DNA from: Felis catus
Lineage: Eukaryota
DNA: 64,000 nucleotides
Assembly (NCBI RefSeq): GCF_018350175.1
Contig: NC_058369.1
Location: 16,494,001 to 16,558,000, forward strand
Direction: 5' to 3'
The translations under genes and the position numbers were made by a program. How positions within the stretch are numbered: position 1 is the first letter of the stretch; every line of letters starts with the position of its first letter. The notes under the pieces are model-generated. The model searched no databases. It saw nothing but the letters and a program-made list of their open reading frames with translations, and had not been told where the DNA came from. Positions 30,408 to 64,000 of the stretch are shown one piece after another.

Positions 30408-32864
30408 GGCAACTTTGGACTACTGTGCCGCCTCTGACTCCTTGGGCCTGAGAGACGGTTGGGTTGCTAGGAGGCAGAGGCCCAGAAAGAGAAGAGGGTC
30501 CGCGGGAGGTGGGAGGAGCACGTGAGGTGGCAGGCAGCATGCTCCTGTAGAAGATGCGAGCACTCTGGAGGCACAGGCTGGAGTTCACATCTGCACCTTG
30601 CCATTCGCTGGCTGTGCGTGTCAGGGAGCGATTTTTACCTTTCTGAACTTGAGCTTTCTTAGCTGGAGAACAATACACAGAATAGCACATTTGGTATCCC
30701 CCCCCCTTCCCCCCCCCACCGCCCCTAGACTCTCAAACTGGCACTGAGGGGCCTGGGGTTTGAGACCATTTTGTGACTTCTGCTGTGACTGGCATCAAGA
30801 GGAGACTGGAGGCAGACTGGCCCTGGGAAGCCAGCTACCGAGGGCCTCAGGTCACTGCTAGTTGAGAAAAAGGAAGAAAGGTCTCCTTGTAAGACCCATG
30901 CTCCAGAGGGAGTTGCAAACATGCTTCCACGGCTGCTTCCGTGATCTCCACACAAGCCAAGGGCAAGCGGGTCATCCCGCCCACCTGAGGGGCAGTTGAG
31001 AGCAGGGCAGCTGCAACCAAACCGCCTGCACCCCATGCATCCCCTCCCACCCTGAAAGGAGGAGTGGGCAGGCTGGTACCGGCCTTTGGAAGGGTTTCCT
31101 ACGACGGATGGGCCCTGCTCAGGAAGGAGCAGGGGCCACCATCCTGACATCCATGAGGCTCAGGGCACGTAACCAACACAGCCACCCGAATTCAGGAGTC
31201 ATGGGATTCCGTGGTGGCCTAGGGAGGCCTTGGGGAGATCCTGTCCTCTGGCTGACAGAGGTGACTGGGGCTGGCTGCTTAAAATAAGGAAGGGGAGGTT
31301 TATAGCCACCTCCAGCCTAAAACGACCCCTGGGCAATAACCCAGGAGGGAAAGCAGGAAAGGCCCAGCATCTAGTCCGCTAAAGTGAGACCGGTGCACTT
31401 GACCTCGCAGCTACTTGGGCAGGGAGTCGCCCACCCACAGGGCTCTCAAGGATTGGACTGGCGATGAATGTGGAAGCCTGTGCCGAGGGGCACCGAACAG
31501 CTTCTGTATTAGCTGGTGCCCCTTCTCACAACCGAGGGGATTGGAGTCTGAAGTGTCAAGAGGTGTGTGGAAGGGGAAAGATTTTGGGAACACTAGGGAG
31601 CTAAGATAACAGAATTCCTCTTCAAAGGTGTCCTGTCTGAAACTCTACAGCTCCCTGGTCACCACCCTTTAATGGGAGGCCACCTAAATTTCCTTAGAAA
31701 ATCTGAAACCTGGAGCCTCGGGTCGAACCGTGAATTTGACTTGGTTGCATGTGAGCAGCAGCAGAAGACAGGGCTGCTCCCCTGCACCACGAGCCCACCC
31801 AAGAGAGAAACGCTCCCTTTTAATGTGCATGTTAACTGAAACATTCTGAATAACTCTCAGATGTTAAGAGGGCTGAATCAGAGTCCATCCATTCGATATA
31901 ATATGTGCTTTAAACAGTTTTGAAGGCTGCAGCATGGGAAAACACTTTGTCTATATTGTTAAATAGTGGGTCTAATGATTAGGACTTTAAATGGGGGGTT
32001 TTTCGCCTTCATTAACAATGAGGATCTGAGGAACCGAATTTTCCTCATCCAAACAGCACCAACTCCCGTCCTCAGGGTCGTAAGGATCGAATGGGCACGA
32101 CCTGAGCATGAAAAATGCCCAGCATAACCCGCGTAACCCGCAGCAGGCGAGTGCACACCAATCCACACCGATCCACTTGGCCCAACCGAGACTTAGCAGG
32201 CAGCAGCCCCTTCCCCAAGGGCGTTGCTGCAGGAAGCAAAAGAGCCCTGGTGAGGAAGAGATGGGACCAGTCTCTTTGTAAAGATAGCCCCAGATGGCCT
32301 GAAGCCTTCGGCTCTCCTCACAACGCTGACAACTGGTGCATCAAAGGGTGGCGGGAGGGGGTTTGCCACTGAGCCCTGCATCCTCCAGGAGCTGCCCACT
32401 CTCACAACCCGTGCACTGTACCCTGTAGTGTCCAAACCCAGTGTCAGGATGCATGGTGGGGAAGGTCAGGGAACCCAAACATCAAAAGAGCGTCCCAGTG
32501 AGCTTGGGGAACTCAAGTTCTGGAGGGAAAAGGGCCAATGCCCCTCCTCAGCCAGGAAGTATAAAGGGGAATTCTCATGCCCTTCTCCAGACTGACTTAT
32601 TTAAAACTGAAGTAAAGAAGCCCAGAGGCCCACCTCCTTGCTCTGGAATACATGTTAAAGCTGATTCCACCCTGTATACAGGCACAAGATCCCAGGGCCA
32701 AAAGTGTCAGTCACAGTGAGACCTGTTGGGGACAAGGCCTGTGATGAACTCCAAGTTCAAGGATTAACTTTGGACTTCACACACCTATGGCAACCGTCGC
32801 TCCTTTCTCCAGTGACACCACCATATAGAAACATGCTTGACTAGCTTTTAGGGAACACACGTGT

Positions 32865-33532
32865 CAAGTTCTTTAATTGATTTTATTTTTTACATAAAAA
32901 GTTCAGTAAAAATTGGATAAAGTAAAGTGATTTTAAGCAGTAAATCAATCTTATCAACATAGCACAAGGCTGGCCAAAACCACAAGGCAGCCTGCTTTGG
33001 AATATTTACATGATAACAAATTAAACCTTGCAGGAGAACTTAAACTGTCCTTACAAAGTCTTCCTGTGATCTAGCACGTAGAGGCTAAAAGCAAAACGAA
33101 AAACAAACAAAACCAGGAAAAAACAAATTATTTTCAATATATTCACATATACATTAAAATATAATACAGATCGTCAGGGTGAGGGGTCGTGGGTGGGGAT
33201 GCGCATGGGTCTGTGCGCTGACAGCACCGCCAAGGAGGAGACCCAGGTTTGGGAGTGGGGCTAGGCCTGGCCAGGATCTTAGCAGGGTCCTTCCCTAAGC
33301 CCTTGCCTCTGATGGGCCTCCAGCCACACCCCAACGGCTAGTGATCAGGGATCACTTGTTGAAGATGGAGCTCATTTTCCTGGTTTTCAGTTGAAAACCT
33401 GTGGGTCTGAATTCCCCAGGGCGACACGTCACCGGTAGCATAGCCCTGACAGAGGGGTGGGGCGGCGGGCCCGCAGGATTTCTCCGAGTCTGTCCTACCT
33501 GCTCGCCTGTCCTCCCACCCTGGCCCCACCAG
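32865..33532 (-). other. SETD2: SETD2 3' UTR with poly(A) signals
   Basis: Follows the TGA at 33535-33533; minus-strand AATAAA (32887-32882) and ATTAAA (32877-32872); U-rich distal half. Confidence 0.85.
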
Positions 33533-57747
<24,215 letters not shown>

Positions 57748-58788
57748 CTAAAGATAAAATGAAGAAATTCATAATTTATACTCTTCTGGCTCTAATGAAG
57801 CAGTAACTGTCTTCTCAGTTGGCATTCTCTTATTGGAATCCATGAATTTTAACTTTTAGCAAAGAGTATTTCGATACAAATGTGTAAAACAATCCTTTAT
57901 TTCAAACACAGAAGTTTCTTTTTTTAGTAATTCCCTAGTCATTTACTTACTTTGGTTTTACCATTAAAATACAAAAAACAAAAAACCAGAAAAGGCTGGG
58001 GGGAGGTGGGGAGGCTCCTAAGAGCTGTCCAACTCTTTAGCCTCCAGGGAGACCACAGTAATAACTGAAGTGCCGCACCTAGTATATCCAAGACAGCTCC
58101 ACAGGGCTCTTTTCAGAAAGCCTTTTTACTACCAACTCCTAAAAACTAACAGGTTGTTCTGACTGGAAAAGGTCAAAGAGAGTGAGTGATTCATAGCAGA
58201 GGAAGTAAGACAGTGATCTAATTACAACTCCCTCTGAGAGGAAGGAGGGTCTCTCTGTCTGAGAAAGACAGCAGAATTCATTCTAGATAAAATTCTTACC
58301 ACACACTGATTTATACAGTGCCTCATGACGCTTAGAAAGCCCTTTCACGTATATAATCTCATTTAGTCCTGACTACCATCAGAGGTGAGGATCTCCCCCA
58401 CCTGGAGTCACATAAGAAATTAAGGACCACGGCTAGGACTTAAACTTACTCTGGAATTAGTTCTCAGCACCAGAAACACTCTTAAAGAAGAGGTGACAAC
58501 AAGCCCTGAAACACAACCCTGTTGTCTCAAGAGGTGATGACTACCAAGGAGGTGAACAGAGATAGATGCAGCCTGTACTTGAGGACAGATTTTGATCCTA
58601 GGGACTGAGATTCCACCACATAAAATAATTTCAAAAGTATTAACTGGTAAGTGCTCAAAATATAAAATACAATCATTCCAAATGATACCAGTAAAGACCC
58701 AAAGAGTCCAATTAGGCCAATGGAACTACCAAGGAGATTTCTGGATAAGTACCGAGAGGGCACAGAGAAAAAGAGGAAGAATACAACC

Positions 58789-59335
58789 CAGCTGACCCTT
58801 GAACATGTGGATTTGAACTACACAGGGCCACTTACTTTTTTTTTTTAATTTTTTTTTTCAACGTTTATTTATTTTTGGGACAGAGAGAGACAGAGCATGA
58901 ACGGGGGAGGGGCAGAGAGAGAGGGAGACACAGCATCGGAAACAGGCTCCAGGCTCTGACCCATCAGCCCAGAGCCTGACGCGGGGCTCGAACTCACGGA
59001 CCGCGAGATCGTGACCTGGCTGAAGTCGGACGCTTAACCGACTGCGCCACCCAGGCGCCCCTACACAGGGCCACTTATAACAGATTTTCTACAGTATAGT
59101 ACTGCAAATGTATTTTCCTTATGATTGTCTTAATGTTCTTTTTCTCTAGCTGACTTTATTTTAAGAATACAGAATATAAAACATGTAGCATACAAAATAT
59201 CGGTTCATCAACTGCTTATGTTATTGGTAAGGTAACAGTAGTGAAGTTTTGGGGGAGTTAAAAGTCATATGCAGATTTTTGACTGAGGAGAGAGGTTTGG
59301 CACTCTTAACCCCTACATAGTACAAAGGTCAAGAG
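58789..59335 (+). mobile_element. Tigger1-derived deletion element interrupted by a SINE
   Basis: CAGCTGACCCTTGAACA start and CAAAGGTCAAGAG+TA end resemble Tigger1 TIRs. Confidence 0.8.
58835..59061 (-). mobile_element. Young felid SINEC_Fc-type element with 16-bp TSD
   Basis: TACACAGGGCCACTTA at 58819-58834 and 59062-59077. Confidence 0.96.
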
Positions 59336-59676
59336 TACTTGATTCATTATTCTGGAACAGCTTAATCTACACAGAACAAAAACCCACACTCAATGGTCAA
59401 AGCAGAATTATTATCAGAATAGTATCACAAAATAGAAATGCTTTCATCTCTAGGTATTTGGATATAAGATGGGAAATCTGTGCAACATCAAAGATTTTGT
59501 AGAAACAAATTTTACTTCCCCACCTAATTCCAGTTTCAAAGACTGAAATGTGGTTGAACCCAAAAGGCTTTTTAACACTGATGCATCTACACCCAGACAA
59601 TACTGAATAAGAGGTCGGTACAAAAAGAGATATTAGCAAAAAAGATGGTAAAATAGTGTTTAAGAAATTTAAAAAT

Positions 59677-59876
59677 GGGGCCCCTAGGTGCCTCAGTTAG
59701 TTAGTTGAGAGTCCAACTTTGGCTTAGGTCATGATCTCAAGGTTCGTGACGTCAGGCTCTGTGCAGACAGCTGGGAGCCTGCAGCCTGCTTCGGATACCG
59801 TGTCTCTCTGCCCCTCCTCCGTTCATTCTCTGTCTCTCTCTTTCAAAAATAAACATTTAAAAAATTAAAAAAAAAA
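59677..59876 (+). mobile_element. Can-SINE with TSD AAGAAATTTAAAA
   Basis: SINE body with duplicated flank. Confidence 0.9.
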
Positions 59877-60712
59877 GAAATTTAAAAGTATAATCTCAGA
59901 GGTGAAGTATAAATAATTCTTATAACGTTCAATTTCAACTTTGCTAAAAATAAGCTATAAAACAAATCTAACTGGGGTCTAGTCTATGATCTAGTCTATG
60001 ATCTGGAAAGTGAATCTGTAATGGCCCTGATGCCCGAAGGAGGCATCCTGAAGAGTGGATACAACAGGCAAGTTATTGTGCATGTAGGGAGTTAATACAA
60101 ATGTGCTGGTATATCTGATTGAGTAAAAACAGTTTCTGGGAGGCTGAAGAAGACAGTAAACTGATAAACATGTTATCTCCATAGTGATCAGGAGATTAAG
60201 CACCCAAATCTACAAGAGAAAGATGCTAATATTTCGGAGGCTAAAAATTCTTTTGACTCTCAGTTAAACTTTGTGCATGGAGAATTTGACAAGATCAGAG
60301 CTAATAAGTAAGGCTCATCTAAAGGATTTGATGACTGGAGTTTTAAAGCTATAGTCTCCTTGAAATGAAGACTCTGGCTCCAAATGCTGGCTGTGAGGTA
60401 ACTTCTGACCTGAAATGGCATTATCCAGCTTGAGCACTCCCTCTATTTACCAGATGAGGTAATTTACCAGATGAGAAATTTCCAGACAAATTTCACCTGT
60501 TTCTAACATGCAAAGATATATTTAAAGGATAATAATTTATCATCAGGAAGGAATGTGACACATACTGGAAATAACTTCCAAAGGAAATGCCAAAAATATC
60601 TGAACAACATCAGCCTTGCTGGACTAAAAACAAAAAAAAAAGTCACCCAAGATAGCAGTAATCATTTAGAGGTACAGTGTTTAAAACTCAGACTGTCAAA
60701 AAGAAAGAAAAC

Positions 60713-60922
60713 GGGGCACCTGGGTGACTCAGTCAGTTGAGCGTCTGACTCTTGATTTTGGCTCAGGTCATGATCTCACGGTTCGTGGGATCAGGCCCCA
60801 TGCTGGCTATGTGCTGTCAAACATGGAGCCTGCTTGGGATTCTCCCTCTTCCTCTCTCTCTCTGCCCCTGGCCTCCACCTCTCAAAATAAATAAGCTTAA
60901 AAAAAAAAAAAAAAAGAAAAAA

Positions 60923-60987
<65 letters not shown>

Positions 60988-60990
60988 AAA
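60713..60990 (+). mobile_element. Can-SINE with (GAAA)n tail
   Basis: Head GGGGCACCTGGGTGACTCAG; tetranucleotide tail ~60925-60989. Confidence 0.92.
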
Positions 60991-62001
60991 TGAACATTCT
61001 TCAGGGTTCTATTAAATTATCTATCCAAACCAGCTGATAATCACATGGCAATGCCAAAACTAACAATAGTAATAAAAAAAGGGAAACTGGCTTGCAATTC
61101 CACTGAAGTTAGTATGGAAGATGTACATACTTGTGAGATCTATCTAAATAGCATATGCCTATCAAGTCTCTCTTTTGCTGGGGGGAAATCTGTAGGAGAT
61201 TGGCTCTCCCCTTCAAGAGACCTGAAATTACATGAAAGCTAATTTCTCAAACATAAATACAGTCTAGAAATAGCTTTAAAATGGGACTTCTAATAGGAAT
61301 TAGAAGAGAAATCTAAGGAGGTCCAAAATGTTATAGAAAACATAATTATTCTGCCCCTACTTCTAGAGGGGAAAAAAAAAATCACTATTACTTTATATCT
61401 GAGTCACTTCACTTTATAATGTGAAAATTATAGTCTTAGGACTCAATTTTTTGAGATGTGATTTAGTATAACTTTGTAAGAATAGGTCACTTAGTAATGT
61501 CACAAAACCACTACAAATCAGGTGGCCTCAGCTGAAGTTGAGTTTTTACATTTGATAAGCAATTGTGGCAAAAAATGAAAGTCACCTTCTGATAACATAT
61601 CTGCTCCAAATGTGAAAGATACTGCATATGTGTACACATACACACACACACAAATTTATATCACACCACATCACATACTACTTCACTGTCAAAGTTATCA
61701 TATCTTGCAAATTCTTAGTAGCCCATGATGGTATGGTCATTACTACACTTGAACACCACAGACCTCAAGGTCTCCTTCTACTGGAGGTTAGACCAGATAT
61801 CAGATAGATGACTTTGACTAGGAGCATTTCACACTCCACAAATGTCAATACTCTGTCAACATCATTAAGGTAACTATAACTAAACCTTCAAGGTAAATGG
61901 TGCTTTAATTCTGTCATTATTAATATCCATTATCTCATGCAAACCTCAATCATGCTGAGGCATTCTGCTCATCTCATAGATAAGAAAACTAAAACTGAAG
62001 T

Positions 62002-62207
62002 GGCACCTGGGTGGCTCAGTCAATCGAGCATCTGACTTCAGCTCAGGTCATGATCTCATGGTTCGTGAGTTTCAGCCCCACATTGGGCTCTCTGCTGTCA
62101 GTGCAGGGCCCACCTTGGATCCTCTGTCCCCCTCTCTCTCTGCCCCTCCCTCGCTCACACTCTCTCTCAAAAATGAACATTAAAAAAAAAAAAACACAAA
62201 AAAAAAC
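62002..62207 (+). mobile_element. Can-SINE
   Basis: GGCACCTGGGTGGCTCAG head; AACTGAAG on both flanks. Confidence 0.9.
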
Positions 62208-62815
62208 CCTTTAACTGAAGAATATAAGCTAAGCACCTGTCCCCAAGACACACATTAAATGATGGACAGGGACTCAAAACACATAAACAATAACAAAATG
62301 CTCTACATTTCTCATAACCTAAAGCCCAACATCATCTCTGATAACTAATCTCACAGAGAAGTAAAGGACAATTTGGACTATCTGAGTCCATTCATCTGCC
62401 ACCTCATACACACAAAATAGATTAGGGAGCCAACAAATGACTCCTTGGTAGGAACAAAATGGAAAACTGTAAGCAAGCAAAATTGTGATGCTTGAGTCTT
62501 AAGGCTATGACTAAAACTTACAGAAAATCTTTTGCTCCATGGGATAGAAAAACTAGATTACTTTTTATAAGAATGGCCAAATGACCAATGAAATCTCTCC
62601 TGGAGAGTCTTCAATAAATATCTTCCACTGCGATTGCTTAGGCTCTGAAACCTAGGTTAAGAACATACTTCAGGAATAGAAATGGGAGAGAAGTAGACCA
62701 TGTTTCTTATATCTGATACACATTCTCAGGGAAAAAGCTCAAAATAAATGGTTTGGTCCAAGAAAGAATGTGGCAAGACAGAAGTTAGAACCTAAGAAAT
62801 TTGTTTAAGATACTT

Positions 62816-62818
<3 letters not shown>

Positions 62819-62876
<58 letters not shown>
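62819..62876. repeat. (AC)29 microsatellite
   Basis: Directly visible. Confidence 0.95.
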
Positions 62877-62879
<3 letters not shown>

Positions 62880-63599
62880 GTAATTTGGAAAAATGGTTAA
62901 GAATCATGTTAAGTAGAAACCCATGGGAAAAAGTTTCAAGTCTTCAAAATTACAAATGCATAAAATATAGATATTAAGCATGTGGCTCAAGAGATCATAC
63001 AAAATGAATGTAGTTAGTATACTTAAGATTTTAGGAATTCAAGCTGGATACTTTGCCATGGCCTTACAAACTAAATTTTGATGCAGCTTCATCACAAAAA
63101 TACTAACAGAAGTAACTGATCAGTACTAGGTAAGGTGTGCAGGAAGTATCCCTGACAGTCTCTCTCATCCACGATAATTCACCTTTAAGGAGCGATATGG
63201 AGTGATGTGACAGACATCAGAATGTGGTGAGGATGATGCTTTATATATATTTTTTGTTTAAGCTTAAAATGTACTGCTGGGTTCTATAGAAAAGAAGCTT
63301 GATTAAAAAACATAAAAATACACCTTGAAATACAAATTCAGTACACTCAGCTTTTAAATTTAACATTATATTTATTACCATAGTAAATATCCTTAGGTTC
63401 ACTCTGGCAAACTTCATGACAATAAAATGTAGGGGATATAAAATAATACACAAGCTGGGTCTAAGAAAAGGGCAAGCCATCTCCTGACTCAATTACCATG
63501 ACCAGAGGGTTTTCCGTTTGTGAGCATATAAAAGAATAAACTGCATATTATTCACTGTCTATAAGCAAAAAGGAGAGGAGTAACCCATAAGTCTCTCCC

Positions 63600-63932
63600 T
63601 GACTACTTGACTTTGCGGGAAGTCAGCTGGAATGTGGTAAGCAGCCCTATTAAGAGGTTCATGTGATGGTAAGAAACCGAGGCCAGTTAACAACCACGTG
63701 AGTGAGCTTGAAAGTCAATCTTCCTTCCTCTTCCTAACCTTCGATGACTACAACCTTGGTTAACAGCCAGGCTGTATGTAATTTAATGAAAGACTCTGAG
63801 CCTGAACCACCCAGCCAGTCAAGCTGCTTCTGAATTCCTGCCCTACAAAAACTAAGAAATAATAATTACTAGTTGTCTCAAGCTGCTAAGTTTCGGAGTA
63901 ACTTGTCACACAACAATAAGTAACTAATATAT
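63600..63932 (+). mobile_element. MLT1 (F/G/H-like) MaLR LTR
   Basis: CCACGTGAGTGAGCTTG...GACTCTGAGCCTGAACCACCCAGC...AAGCTGCTAAGTTT...TAACTAATA. Confidence 0.8.
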
Positions 63933-64000
63933 ACACAATTCGTCAATATATAAGTGAGCAATGGCAGGTTTCCCCTTCACAACAGATTTAATATCCTATA

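Overview
This window is mammalian genomic DNA, almost certainly from a felid (it carries young SINEC_Fc-type Can-SINEs), and covers the conserved NBEAL2 - NRADD - SETD2 block. On the + strand are NBEAL2 coding exons 2-54 (5318-26352; the canonical exon 1 lies upstream of the window, and a candidate internal first exon encoding MEPALGPGVQ sits at 4684-4713), a CpG island overlapping the NBEAL2 3' end, and an intact NRADD/NRH2 gene (28577-30133; a pseudogene in human). On the - strand are the last six coding exons and 3' UTR of SETD2 (WW and SRI domains), converging on NRADD. The left ~34 kb is GC-rich and exon-dense; the right ~28 kb is AT-rich SETD2 intron filled with SINEs, L1, hAT/Tigger DNA-transposon fossils and MaLR LTRs. 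There are no prokaryotic systems or CRISPR arrays, and I found no wholly new gene system. The best leads are regulatory or splicing features: a four-site RFX X-box cluster, the alternative NBEAL2 start, the intact NRADD with alternative N-termini, candidate SETD2 poison exons, an ETS+CArG element beside a Z-DNA tract, and paired miR-17~92 sites. Exon boundaries were read by eye and checked for phase continuity; repeat subfamily names come from memory of consensus sequences and need RepeatMasker/Dfam confirmation.
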